Shown here in pieces: positions 9,060 through 23,400 of a stretch of DNA of 64,000 bases; within the stretch, counting starts at the first letter, position 1, and each line of letters opens with the position of its first letter. The notes beneath the pieces were generated by a model. That model was not told where the DNA came from. It made no database searches and saw only the letters and a list, made by a program, of their open reading frames with translations. Both the position numbers and the translations under genes were made by a program. The DNA comes from Auanema rhodensis (taxonomy: Eukaryota; Animalia; Nematoda): contig OZ059895.1 in NCBI GenBank assembly GCA_964057225.1, positions 18,290,001-18,354,000 on the forward strand, read 5' to 3'.

Positions 9060-9398
9060 CGTTCCATATTGGTTCCTAGGGTTCCGGCTAGGTAACCATA
9101 TGGACTTTAATAGTGTGAATGCCATTGTAAAAGTAACAGAGAGTAGAGAAAAAGAAGTTTATTCAGAATATGGAAATACAATTATAAAAGCAAAATACAA
9201 TAATCAAATAAATGAAACTACATGTTATGAGAAAGCCAACCTAGTTGCTTTCTCAGGGGTTTATATAGCAAAATATTAATTACAAATATAATTGAATTTA
9301 TACCAAAAGTAGTTCAGGTCTAGTTTCTTATTGAATTCTATTAACCAAAAGTCGGTTGACGTTGTCAACCGCCTTCTTTATAAGACACGTATGGAACA
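9060..9398 (-). repeat. LTR-A: 5' LTR (339 bp)
   Basis: Starts TGTTCCAT at the TSD and ends ATGGAACG at the PBS. On the minus strand a TATA-like CTATATAA (9261-9268) precedes AATAAA (9158-9163), in U3-R-U5 order. Confidence 0.85.
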
Positions 9399-12300
9399 AG
9401 GTAAAACCAAGTGCATTATGACGCTTGAAGCATTTTCCAATGTCGTCATTTTCTACATTTTCAAAACAAAAAAGATTTCTGGAGATATGGGGAATTGAAC
9501 CCCAGCCCTCTCCCATGCGAAGGGAGCGCTCTACCTTTGAGCTATATCCCCACACATGTACGTGTTTCAAGTTCTTTATTCAAACCTACAGTACTTCGAG
9601 ACTATAAATGAAAAATTGGAGGTAAAACCAAGTGCATTATGACGCTTGAAGCATTTTCCAATGTCGTCATTTTCTACATTTTCAAAACAAAAAAGATTTC
9701 TGGAGATATGGGGAATTGAACCCCAGCCCTCTCCCATGCTAAGGGAGCGCTCTACCACTGAGCTATATCCCCACACATGTACGTGTTTCCAGTTCTTTAT
9801 TGAAACCTACAGTACTTCGAGACTATAAATGAAATATTGGAGGTAAAACTAAGTGCTGTCTACGTTGTTTCAATTGAAAATCAATGGGATACTTTCTGTA
9901 TTATGACGCTTGAAGCATTTTCCAATGTGGTAGTCTTCTACATTTTCAAAACAAAAAGGATTTCTGGAGATATGGGGAATTGAACCCCAGCCCTCTCCCA
10001 TGCGAAGGGAGCGCTCTACCTTTGAGCTATATCCCCACACATGTACGTGTTTCAAGTTCTTTATTCAAACCTACAGTACTTCGAGACTATAAATGAAAAA
10101 TTGGAGGTAAAACCAAGTGCATTATGACGCTTGAAGCATTTTCCAATGTCGTCATTTTCTACATTTTCAAAACAAAAAAGATTTCTGGAGATATGGGGAA
10201 TTGAACCCCAGCCCTCTCCCATGCTAAGGGAGCGCTCTACCACTGAGCTATATCCCCACACATGTACGTGTTTCCAGTTCTTTATTGAAACCTACAGTAC
10301 TTCGAGACTATAAATGAAATATTGGAGGTAAAACTAAGTGCTGTCTACGTTGTTTCAATTGAAAATCAATGGGATACTTTCTGTATTATGACGCTTGAAG
10401 CATTTTCCAATGTGGTAGTCTTCTACATTTTCAAAACAAAAAAGATTTCTGGAGATATGGGGAATTGAACCCCAGCCCTCTCCCATGCTAAGGGAGCGCT
10501 CTACCACTGAGCTATATCCCCACACATGTACGTGTTTCCAGTTCTTTATTGAAACCTACAGTACTTCGAGACTATAAATGAAATATTGGAGGTAAAACCA
10601 AGTGCTGTCTACGTTGTTTCAATTGAAAATCAATGGGATACTTTCTGTATTATGACTCTTGAAGCATTTCTTAATGTCATTATCTTCTACATTTTCAAAA
10701 CAAAAAGGATTTCTGGAGATATGGGGAATTGAACCCCAGCCCTCTCCCATGCGAAGGGAGCGCTCTACCACTGAGCTATATCCCCACACATGTACGTGTT
10801 TCAAGTTGTTTATTCAAACCTACAGTACCTCGAGACTATAAATGAAATATTGGAGGTAAAACCAAGTGCTGTCTACGTTGTTTCAATTGAAAATCAATAG
10901 AATACTCTCTGTATTATGACTCTTGAAGCATTTCTTAATGTCATTATCTTCTACATTTTCAAAACAAAAAGGATTTCTGGAGATATGGGGAATTGAACCC
11001 CAGCCCTCTCCCATGCTAAGGGAGCGCTCTACCACTGAGCTATATCCCCACACATGTACGTGTTTCCAGTTCTTTATTGAAACCTACAGTACTTCGAGAC
11101 TATAAATGAAATATTGGAGGTAAAACTAAGTGCTGTCTACGTTGTTTCAATTGAAAATCAATGGGATACTTTCTGTATTATGACGCTTGAAGCATTTTCC
11201 AATGTGGTAGTCTTCTACATTTTCAAAACAAAAAGGATTTCTGGAGATATGGGGAATTGAACCCCAGACCTCTCCCATGCGAAGGGAGCGCTCTACCACT
11301 GAGCTATATCCCCACACATGTACGTGTTTCAAGTTGTTTATTCAAACCTACAGTACCTCGAGACTATAAATGAAGTATTGGAGGTGAAACCAAGTGCTGT
11401 CTACGTTGTTTCAATTGAAAATCAATAGAATACTCTCTGTATTATGACTCTTGAAGCATTTCTTAATGTCATTATCTTCTACATTTTCAAAACAAAAAGG
11501 ATTTCTGGAGATATGGGGAATTGAACCCCAGCCCTCTCCCATGCGAAGGGAGCGCTCTACCACTGAGCTATATCCCCACACATGTACGTGTTTCAAGTTC
11601 TTTATTCAAACCTACAGTACTTCGAGACTATAAATGAAATATTGGAGGTAAAACCAAGTGCTGTCTACGTTGTTTCAACTGAAAATCAATAGAATACTCT
11701 CTGTATTATGACTCTTGAAGCATTTCTTAATGTCATTATCTTCTACATTTTCAAAACAAAAAGGATTTCTGGAGATATGGGGAATTGAACCCCAGCCCTC
11801 TCCCATGCGAAGGGAGCGCTCTACCACTGAGCTATATCCCCACACATGTACGTGTTTCAAGTTCTTTATTCAAACCTACAGTACTTCGAGACTATAAATG
11901 AAATATTGGAGGTGAAACCAAGTGCTGTCTACGTTATTTCAGATAGAAAATAATAGAATAATCTCTGTATTATGACTCTTGAAGCATTTCTTAATGTCAT
12001 TATCTTCTACATTTTCAAAACAAAAAGGATTTCTGGAGATATGGGGAATTGAACCCCAGCCCTCTCCCATGCGAAGGGAGCGCTCTACCACTGAGCTATA
12101 TCCCCACACATGTACGTGTTTCAAGTTCTTTATTCAAACCTACAGTACTTCGAGACTATAAATGAAATATTGGAGGTAAAACCAAGTGCTGTCTACGTTG
12201 TTTCAACTGAAAATCAATAGAATACTCTCTGTATTATGACTCTTGAAGCATTTCTTAATGTCATTATCTTCTACATTTTCAAAACAAAAAGGATTTCTGG

Positions 12301-13881
12301 AGATATGGGGAATTGAACCCCAGCCCTCTCCCATGCTAAGGGAGCGCTCTACCACTGAGCTATATCCCCACACATGTACGTGTTTCAAGTTGTTTATTCA
12401 AACCTACAGTACCTCGAGACTATAAATGAAAAATTGGAGGTAAAACCAAGTGCTGTCTACGTTGTTTCAATTGAAAATCAATAGAATACTTTCTGTATTA
12501 TGACTCTTGAAGCATTTCTTAATGTCATTATCTTCTACATATCCAAAACAAAAAGGATTTCTGGAGATATGGGGAATTGAACCCCAGACCTCTCCCATGC
12601 GAAGGGAGCGCTCTACCACTGAGCTATATCCCTACACATGTACGTGTTTCAAGTTCTTTATTCAAACCTACAGTACTTCGAGACTATAAATGAAATATTG
12701 GAGGTGAAACCAAGTGCTGTCTACGTTATTTCAGATAGAAAATAATAGAATAATCTCTGTATTATGACGCTTGAAGCATATTCCAATGTCGTCATTTTCT
12801 ACATTTTCAAAACAAAAAAGATTTCTGGAGATATGGGGAATTGAACCCCAGCCCTCTCCCATGCTAAGGGAGCGCTCTACCACTGAGCTATATCCCCACA
12901 CATGTACGTGTTTCCAGTTCTTTATTGAAACCTACAGTACTTCGAGACTATAAATGAAATATTGGAGGTAAAACTAACTGCTGTCTACGTTGTTTCAATT
13001 GAAAATCAATGGGATACTTTCTGTATTATGACGCTTGAAGCATTTTCCAATGTGGTAGTCTTCTACATTTTCAAAACAAAAAGGATTTCTGGAGATATGG
13101 GGAATTGAACCCCAGCCCTCTCCCATGCTAAGGGAGCGCTCTACCACTGAGCTATATCCCCACACATGTACGTGTTTCCAGTTCTTTATTGAAACCTACA
13201 GTACTTCGAGACTATAAATGAAATATTGGAGGTAAAACTAACTGCTGTCTACGTTGTTTCAATTGAAAATCAATGGGATACTTTCTGTATTATGACGCTT
13301 GAAGCATTTTCCAATGTGGTAGTCTTCTACATTTTCAAAACAAAAAGGATTTCTGGAGATATGGGGAATTGAACCCCAGCCCTCTCCCATGCGAAGGGAG
13401 CGCTCTACCTTTGAGCTATATCCCCACACATGTACGTGTTTCAAGTTGTTTATTCAAACCTACAGTACCTCGAGACTATAAATGAAAAATTGGAGGTAAA
13501 ACCAAGTGCTGTCTACGTTGTTTCAATTGAAAATCAATAGAATACTTTCTGTATTATGACTCTTGAAGCATTTCTTAATGTCATCATCTTCTACATTTTT
13601 AAAACAAAAAGAATTTCTGGAGATATGGGGAATTGAACCCCAGACCTCTCCCATGCGAAGGGAGCGCTCTACCACTGAGCTATATCCCCACACATGTACG
13701 TGTTTCAAGTTGTTTATTCAAACCTACAGTACCTCGAGACTATAAATGAAATATTGGAGGTAAAACTAAGTGCTGTCTACGTTGTTTCAATTGAAAATCA
13801 ATGGGATACTTTCTGTATTATGACGCTTGAAGCATTTTCCAATGTGGTAGTCTTCTACATTTTCAAAACAAAAAGGATTTC

Positions 13882-13953
13882 TGGAGATATGGGGAATTGA
13901 ACCCCAGCCCTCGACCATGCGACGGGAGCGCTCTACCACTGAGCTATATCCCC
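13882..13953 (-). pseudogene. Probable defective tRNA-Ala(CGC)
   Basis: Anticodon arm reads CTCCC-GTCGCAT-GGTCG, giving two stem mismatches plus U32>G. Confidence 0.7.
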
Positions 13954-14409
13954 ACACATGTATGTGTTTCAAGTTGTTTATTCAAACCTACAGTACCTCG
14001 AGACTATAAATGAAATATTGGAGGTAAAACTAAGTGCTGTCTACGTTGTTTCAATTGAAAATCAATGGGATACTTTCTGTATTATGACGCTTGAAGCATT
14101 TTCCAATGTCGTCATTTTCTACATTTTCAAAACAAAAAAGATTTCTGGAGATATGGGGAATTGAACCCCAGCCCTCTCCCATGCTAAGGGAGCGCTCTAC
14201 CACTGAGCTATATCCCCACACATGTACGTATTTCCAGTTCTTTATTGAAACCTACAGTACTTCGAGACTATAAATGAAATATTGGAGGTAAAACTAAGTG
14301 CTGTCTACGTTGTTTCAATTGAAAATCAATGGGATACTTTCTGTATTATGACGCTTGAAGCATTTTCCAATGTGGTAGTCTTCTACATTTTCAAAACAAA
14401 AAGGATTTC

Positions 14410-14481
14410 TGGAGATATGGGGAATTGAACCCCAGCCCTCGACCATGCGAAGGGAGCGCTCTACCACTGAGCTATATCCCC
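14410..14481 (-). pseudogene. Probable defective tRNA-Ala(CGC)
   Basis: Same GGGAG>GGTCG anticodon-stem lesion as the copy at 13882. Confidence 0.65.
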
Positions 14482-17400
14482 ACACATGTATGTGTTTCAA
14501 GTTGTTTATTCAAACCTACAGTACCTCGAGACTATAAATGAAATATTGGAGGTAAAACCAAGTGCTGTCTACGTTGTTTCAATTGAAAATCAATGGGATA
14601 CTTTCTGTATTATGACGCTTGAAGCATTTTCCAATGTCGTCATTTTCTACATTTTCAAAACAAAAAAGATTTCTGGAGATATGGGGAATTGAACCCCAGC
14701 CCTCTCCCATGCTAAGGGAGCGCTCTACCACTGAGCTATATCCCCACACATGTACGTGTTTCCAGTTCTTTATTGAAACCTACAGTACTTCGAGACTATA
14801 AATGAAATATTGGAGGTAAAACTAAGTGCTGTCTACGTTGTTTCAATTGAAAATCAACGGGATACTTTCTGTATTATGACGCTTGAAGCATTTTCCAATG
14901 TGGTAGTCTTCTACATTTTCAAAACAAAAAGGATTTCTGGAGATATGGGGAATTGAACCCCAGCCCTCTCCCATGCGAAGGGAGCGCTCTACCACTGAGC
15001 TATATCCCCACACATGTACGTGTTTCAAGTTGTTTATTCAAACCTACAGTACCTCGAGACTATAAATGAAATATTGGAGGTAAAACCAAGTGCTGTCTAC
15101 GTTGTTTCAATTGAAAATCAATGGGATACTTTCTGTATTATGACGCTTGAAGCATTTTCCAATGTGGTAGTCTTCTACATTTCCAAAACAAAAAGGATTT
15201 CTGGAGATATGGGGAATTGAACCCCAGCCCTCTCCCATGCGAAGGGAGCGCTCTACCATTGAGCTATATCCCCACACATGTACGTGTTTCCAGTTCTTTA
15301 TTGAAACCTACAGTACTTCGAGACTATAAATGAAATATTGGAGGTAAAACTAAGTGCTGTCTACGTTGTTTCAATTGAAAATCAACGGGATACTTTCTGT
15401 ATTATGACGCTTGAAGCATTTTCCAATGTGGTAGTCTTCTACATTTTCAAAACAAAAAGGATTTCTGGAGATATGGGGAATTGAACCCCAGCCCTCTCCC
15501 ATGCGAAGGGAGCGCTCTACCATTGAGCTATATCCCCACACATGTACGTGTTTCAAGTTGTTTATTCAAACCTACAGTACCTCGAGACTATAAATGAAAT
15601 ATTGGAGGTAAAACCAAGTGCTGTCTACGTTGTTTCAATTGAAAATCAATGGGATACTTTCTGTATTATGACGCTTGAAGCATTTTCCAATGTCGTCATT
15701 TTCTACATTTTCAAAACAAAAAAGATTTCTGGAGATATGGGGAATTGAACCCCAGCCCTCTCCCATGCTAAGGGAGCGCTCTACCACTGAGCTATATCCC
15801 CACACATGTACGTGTTTCCAGTTCTTTATTGAAACCTACAGTACTTCGAGACTATAAATGAAATATTGGAGGTAAAACTAAGTGCTGTCTACGTTGTTTC
15901 AATTGAAAATCAATGGGATACTTTCTGTATTATGACGCTTGAAGCATTTTCCAATGTGGTAGTCTTCTACATTTTCAAAACAAAAAGGATTTCTGGAGAT
16001 ATGGGGAATTGAACCCCAGCCCTCTCCCATGCGAAGGGAGCGCTCTACCACTGAGCTATATTCCCACACATGTACGTGTTTCAAGTTGTTTATTCAAACC
16101 TACAGTACCTCGAGACTATAAATGAAATATTGGAGGTAAAACCAAGTGCTGTCTACGTTGTTTCAATTGAAAATCAATGGGATACTTTCTGTATTATGAC
16201 GCTTGAAGCATTTCTTAATGTCATTATCTTCTACATTTTCAAAACAAAAAGGATTTCTGGAGATATGGGGAATTGAACCCCAGCCCTCTCCCATGCTAAG
16301 GGAGCGCTCTACCACTGAGCTATATCCCCACACATATCCGTGTCTCAATTTCTTTATTCAATTATTCAGTACTTCGAGACTATAAATGAAATATTGGAGG
16401 TGAAAACAAGTGCTGTCTACGTTATTTCAGATAGAAAATAATAGAATAATCTCTGTATTATGACGCTTGAAGCATTTCTTAATGTCATTATCTTCTACAT
16501 TTTCAAAACAAAAAGGATTTCTGGAGATATGGGGAATTGAACCCCAGCCCTCTCCCATGCTAAGGGAGCGCTCTACCACTGAGCTATATCCCCACACATA
16601 TCCGTGTCTCAATTTCTTTATTCAAATATTCAGTACTTCGAGACTATAAATGAAATATTGGAGGTGAAAACAAGTGCTGTCTACGTTATTTCAGATAGAA
16701 AATAATAGAATAATCTCTGTATTATGACGCTTGAAGCATTTCTTAATGTCATTATCTTCTACATTTTCAAAACAAAAAGGATTTCTGGAGATATGGGGAA
16801 TTGAACCCCAGCCCTCTCCCATGCTAAGGGAGCGCTCTACCACTGAGCTATATCCCCACACATGTACGTGTTTCCAGTTCTTTATTGAAACCTACAGTAC
16901 TTCGAGACTATAAATGAAATATTGGAGGTAAAACTAAGTGCTGTCTACGTTGTTTCAATTGAAAATCAATGGGATACTTTCTGTATTATGACGCTTGAAG
17001 CATTTTCCAATGTGGTAGTCTTCTACATTTTCAAAACAAAAAGGATTTCTGGAGATATGGGGAATTGAACCCCAGCCCTCTCCCATGCGAAGGGAGCGCT
17101 CTACCACTGAGCTATATTCCCACACATGTACGTGTTTCAAGTTGTTTATTCAAACCTACAGTACCTCGAGACTATAAATGAAATATTGGAGGTAAAACCA
17201 AGTGCTGTCTACGTTGTTTCAATTGAAAATCAATGGGATACTTTCTGTATTATGACGCTTGAAGCATTTCTTAATGTCATTATCTTCTACATTTTCAAAA
17301 CAAAAAGGATTTCTGGAGATATGGGGAATTGAACCCCAGCCCTCTCCCATGCGAAGGGAGCGCTCTACCACTGAGCTATATCCCCACACATGTACGTGTT

Positions 17401-20400
17401 TCCAGTTCTTTATTGAAACCTACAGTACTTCGAGACTATAAATGAAATATTGGAGGTAAAACTAAGTGCTGTCTACGTTGTTTCAATTGAAAATCAATGG
17501 AATACTTTCTGTATTATGACGCTTGAAGCATTTTCCAATGTGGTAGTCTTCTACATTTTCAAAACAAAAAGGATTTCTGGAGATATGGGGAATTGAACCC
17601 CAGCCCTCTCCCATGCGAAGGGAGCGCTCTACCACTGAGCTATATCCCCACACATGTACGTGTTTCAAGTTGTTTATTCAAACCTACAGTACCGCGAGAC
17701 TATAAATGAAATATTGGAGGTAAAACCAAGTGCTGTCTACGTTGTTTCAATTGAAAATCAATAGAATACTCTCTGTATTATGACTCTTGAAGCATTTCTT
17801 AATGTCATTATCTTCTACATTTTCAAAACAAAAAGGATTTCTGGAGATATGGGGAATTGAACCCCAGCCCTCTCCCATGCTAAGGGAGCGCTCTACCACT
17901 GAGCTATATCCCCACACATATCCGTGTCTCAATTTCTTTATTCAAATATTCAGTACTTCGAGACTATAAATGAAATATTGGAGGTGAAAACAAGTGCTGT
18001 CTACGTTATTTCAGATAGAAAATAATAGAATAATCTCTGTATTATGACGCTTGAAGCATTTTCCAATGTCGTCATTTTCTACATTTTCAAAACAAAAAAG
18101 ATTTCTGGAGATATGGGGAATTGAACCCCAGCCCTCTCCCATGCGAAGGGAGCGCTCTACCACTGAGCTATATCCCCACACATGTACGTGTCTCAATTTC
18201 TTTATTCAAATATTCAGTACTTCGAGACTATAAATGAAAAATTGGAGGTGAAAACAAGTGCTGTCTACGTTATTTCAAAAAGAAATTAATAGAATACTCT
18301 CTGTATTATGACTCTTGAAGCATTGCTTAATGTCATTATCATCTACATTTTCAAAACAAAAAGGATTTCTGGAGATATGGGGAATTGAACCCCAGCCCTC
18401 TCCCATGCTAAGGGAGCGCTCTACCACTGAGCTATATCCCCACACATGTACGTGTTTCCAGTTCTTTATTCAAACCTACAGTACTTCGAGACTATAAATG
18501 AAATATTGGAGGTAAAACTAAGTGCTGTCTAAGTTGTTTCAATTGAAAATCAATGAGATACTTTCTGTATCTTGACTCTTGAAGCATTTCTTAATGTCAT
18601 TATCTTCTACATTTTCAAAACAAAAAGGATTTCTGGAGATATGGGGAATTGAACCCCAGACCTCTCCCATGCGAAGGGAGCGCTCTACCACTGAGCTATA
18701 TCCCCACACATGTACGTGTTTCCAGTTCTTTATTCAAACCTACAGTACTTCGAGACTATAAATGAAATATTGGAGGTAAAACTAAGTGCTGTCTAAGTTG
18801 TTTCAATTGAAAATCAATGAGATACTTTCTGTATCTTGACTCTTGAAGCATTTCTTAATGTCATTATCTTCTACATTTTCAAAACAAAAAGGATTTCTGG
18901 AGATATGGGGAATTGAACCCCAGACCTCTCCCATGCGAAGGGAGCGCTCTACCACTGAGCTATATCCCCACACATGTACGTGTTTCAAGTTGTTTATTCA
19001 AACCTACAGTACCTCGAGACTATAAATGAAATATTGGAGGTGAAACTAAGTGCTGTCTACGTTATTTCAAAAAGAAATTAATAGAATACTCTCTGTATTA
19101 TGACTCTTGAAGCATTTCTTAATGTCATTATCTTCTACATTTTCAAAACAAAAAGGATTTCTGGAGATATGGGGAATTGAACCCCAGCCCTCTCCCATGC
19201 GAAGGGAGCGCTCTACCACTGAGCTATATCCCCACACATGTACGTGTTTCAAGTTGTTTATTCAAACCTACAGTACCTCGAGACTATAAATGAAATATTG
19301 GAGGTAAAACCAAGTGCTGTCTACGTTGTTTCAATTGAAAATCAATAGAATACTCTCTGTATTATGACTCTTGAAGCATTTCTTAATGTCATTATCTTCT
19401 ACATTTTCAAAACAAAAAGGATTTCTGGAGATATGGGGAATTGAACCCCAGCCCTCTCCCATGCGAAGGGAGCGCTCTACCACTGAGCTATATCCCCACA
19501 CATGTACGTGTTTCAAGTTCTTTATTCAAACCTACAGTACTTCGAGACTATAAATGAAATATTGGAGGTAAAACCAAGTGCTGTCTACGTTGTTTCAACT
19601 GGAAATCAATAGAATACTCTCTGTATTATGACTCTTGAAGCATTTCTTAATGTCATTATCTTCTACATTTTCAAAACAAAAAGGATTTCTGGAGATATGG
19701 GGAATTGAACCCCAGCCCTCTCCCATGCGAAGGGAGCGCTCTACCACTGAGCTATATCCCCACACATGTACGTGTTTCAAGTTGTTTATTCAAACCTACA
19801 GTACCTCGAGACTATAAATGAAATATTGGAGGTAAAACCAAGTGCTGTCTACGTTGTTTCAATTGAAAATCAATAGAATACTCTCTGTATTATGACTCTT
19901 GAAGCATTTCTTAATGTCATTATCTTCTACATTTTCAAAACAAAAAGGATTTCTGGAGATATGGGGAATTGAACCCCAGACCTCTCCCATGCGAAGGGAG
20001 CGCTCTACCACTGAGCTATATCCCCACACATGTACGTGTTTCAAGTTCTTTATTCAAACCTACAGTACCTCGAGACTATAAATGAAATATTGGAGGTGAA
20101 ACCAAGTGCTGTCTACGTTGTTTCATATAAAAATCAATGGAATACTCTCTGTATTATGACTCTTGAAGCATTTCTTAATGTCATTATCTTCTACATTTTC
20201 AAAACAAAAAGGATTTCTGGAGATATGGGGAATTGAACCCCAGCCCTCTCCCATGCGAAGGGAGCGCTCTACCACTGAGCTATATCCCCACACATGTACG
20301 TGTTTCAAGTTCTTCATTGAAACCTACAGTACTTCGAGACTATAAATGAAATATTGGAGGTAAAACCAAGTGCTGTCTACGTTGTTTCAATTGAAAATCA

Positions 20401-23400
20401 ATAGAATACTCTCTGTATTATGACTCTTGAAGCATTTCTTAATGTCATTATCTTCTACATTTTCAAAACAAAAAGGATTTCTGGAGATATGGGGAATTGA
20501 ACCCCAGCCCTCTCCCATGCTAAGGGAGCGCTCTACCACTGAGCTATATCCCCACACATATCCGTGTCTCAATTTCTTTATTCAAATATTCAGTACTTCG
20601 AGACTATAAATGAAATATTGGAGGTGAAAACAAGTGCTGTCTACGTTATTTCAGATAGAAAATAATAGAATAATCTCTGTATTATGACGCTTGAAGCATT
20701 TTCCAATGTCGTCATTTTCTACATTTTCAAAACAAAAAAGATTTCTGGAGATATGGGGAATTGAACCCCAGCCCTCTCCCATGCGAAGGGAGCGCTCTAC
20801 CACTGAGCTATATCCCCACACATGTACGTGTCTCAATTTCTTTATTCAAATATTCAGTACTTCGAGACTATAAATGAAAAATTGGAGGTGAAAACAAGTG
20901 CTGTCTACGTTATTTCAAAAAGAAATTAATAGAATACTCTCTGTATTATGACTCTTGAAGCATTGCTTAATGTCATTATCATCTACATTTTCAAAACAAA
21001 AAGGATTTCTGGAGATATGGGGAATTGAACCCCAGCCCTCTCCCATGCTAAGGGAGCGCTCTACCACTGAGCTATATCCCCACACATGTACGTGTTTCCA
21101 GTTCTTTATTCAAACCTACAGTACTTCGAGACTATAAATGAAATATTGGAGGTAAAACTAAGTGCTGTCTAAGTTGTTTCAATTGAAAATCAATGAGATA
21201 CTTTCTGTATCTTGACTCTTGAAGCATTTCTTAATGTCATTATCTTCTACATTTTCAAAACAAAAAGGATTTCTGGAGATATGGGGAATTGAACCCCAGA
21301 CCTCTCCCATGCGAAGGGAGCGCTCTACCACTGAGCTATATCCCCACACATGTACGTGTTTCAAGTTGTTTATTCAAACCTACAGTACCTCGAGACTATA
21401 AATGAAATATTGGAGGTGAAACTAAGTGCTGTCTACGTTATTTCAAAAAGAAATTAATAGAATACTCTCTGTATTATGACTCTTGAAGCATTTCTTAATG
21501 TCATTATCTTCTACATTTTCAAAACAAAAAGGATTTCTGGAGATATGGGGAATTGAACCCCAGCCCTCTCCCATGCGAAGGGAGCGCTCTACCACTGAGC
21601 TATATCCCCACACATGTACGTGTTTCAAGTTGTTTATTCAAACCTACAGTACCTCGAGACTATAAATGAAATATTGGAGGTAAAACCAAGTGCTGTCTAC
21701 GTTGTTTCAATTGAAAATCAATAGAATACTCTCTGTATTATGACTCTTGAAGCATTTCTTAATGTCATTATCTTCTACATTTTCAAAACAAAAAGGATTT
21801 CTGGAGATATGGGGAATTGAACCCCAGCCCTCTCCCATGCGAAGGGAGCGCTCTACCACTGAGCTATATCCCCACACATGTACGTGTTTCAAGTTCTTTA
21901 TTCAAACCTACAGTACTTCGAGACTATAAATGAAATATTGGAGGTAAAACCAAGTGCTGTCTACGTTGTTTCAACTGGAAATCAATAGAATACTCTCTGT
22001 ATTATGACTCTTGAAGCATTTCTTAATGTCATTATCTTCTACATTTTCAAAACAAAAAGGATTTCTGGAGATATGGGGAATTGAACCCCAGCCCTCTCCC
22101 ATGCGAAGGGAGCGCTCTACCACTGAGCTATATCCCCACACATGTACGTGTTTCAAGTTGTTTATTCAAACCTACAGTACCTCGAGACTATAAATGAAAT
22201 ATTGGAGGTAAAACCAAGTGCTGTCTACGTTGTTTCAATTGAAAATCAATAGAATACTCTCTGTATTATGACTCTTGAAGCATTTCTTAATGTCATTATC
22301 TTCTACATTTTCAAAACAAAAAGGATTTCTGGAGATATGGGGAATTGAACCCCAGACCTCTCCCATGCGAAGGGAGCGCTCTACCACTGAGCTATATCCC
22401 CACACATGTACGTGTTTCAAGTTCTTTATTCAAACCTACAGTACCTCGAGACTATAAATGAAATATTGGAGGTGAAACCAAGTGCTGTCTACGTTGTTTC
22501 ATATAAAAATCAATGGAATACTCTCTGTATTATGACTCTTGAAGCATTTCTTAATGTCATTATCTTCTACATTTTCAAAACAAAAAGGATTTCTGGAGAT
22601 ATGGGGAATTGAACCCCAGCCCTCTCCCATGCGAAGGGAGCGCTCTACCACTGAGCTATATCCCCACACATGTACGTGTTTCAAGTTCTTCATTCAAACC
22701 TACAGTACTTCGAGACTATAAATGAAATATTGGAGGTAAAACCAAGTGCTGTCTACGTTGTTTCAACTGAAAATCAATAGAATACTCTCTGTATTATGAC
22801 TCTTGAAGCATTTCTTAATGTCATTATCTTCTACATTTTCAAAACAAAAAGGATTTCTGGAGATATGGGGAATTGAACCCCAGCCCTCTCCCATGCGAAG
22901 GGAGCGCTCTACCACTGAGCTATATCCCCACACATGTACGTGTTTCAAGTTCTTCATTCAAACCTACAGTACTTCGAGACTATAAATGAAATATTGGAGG
23001 TAAAACCAAGTGCTGTCTACGTTGTTTCAACTGAAAATCAATAGAATACTTTCTGTATTATGACTCTTGAAGCATTTCTTAATGTCATTATCTTCTACAT
23101 TTTCAAAACAAAAAGGATTTCTGGAGATATGGGGAATTGAACCCCAGCCCTCTCCCATGCTAAGGGAGCGCTCTACCACTGAGCTATATCCCCACACATG
23201 TACGTGTTTCAAGTTCTTTATTCAAACCTACAGTACTTCGAGACTATAAATGAAATATTGGAGGTGAAACCAAGTGCTGTCTACGTTATTTCAAAAAGAA
23301 ATTAATAGAATACTTTCTGTATTATGACGCTTGAAGCATTTTCCAATGTCATTATCTTCTACATTTTCAAAACAAAAAGGATTTCTGGAGATATGGGGAA

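Larger units (their letters stand above)
5769..9398 (-). mobile_element. Non-autonomous or chimeric Ty3/gypsy-like LTR retrotransposon (gag only), 3630 bp
   Basis: Flanked by AGGT at 5765-5768 and 9399-9402; the empty site reads ttggAGGTaaaacc. Has terminal inverted repeat GTTCCAT/ATGGAAC, a PBS and a gag ORF. No protease, RT, RNase H or integrase is visible. Confidence 0.88.
8786..13392. repeat. Segmental duplication of 1-4607 (period 8785 bp)
   Basis: The ORF track and unit-specific variants recur at +8785. The first difference I see is the anticodon base, 4608 (t) versus 13393 (g). Confidence 0.9.

Noticed and set aside
5769-9398. DNA transposon or DIRS-type element suggested by the GTTCCAT/ATGGAAC inverted ends
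   Set aside because: There is no transposase or tyrosine recombinase. The PBS, capsid-like Gag, 4-bp TSD and direct-orientation LTR motifs fit an LTR element.
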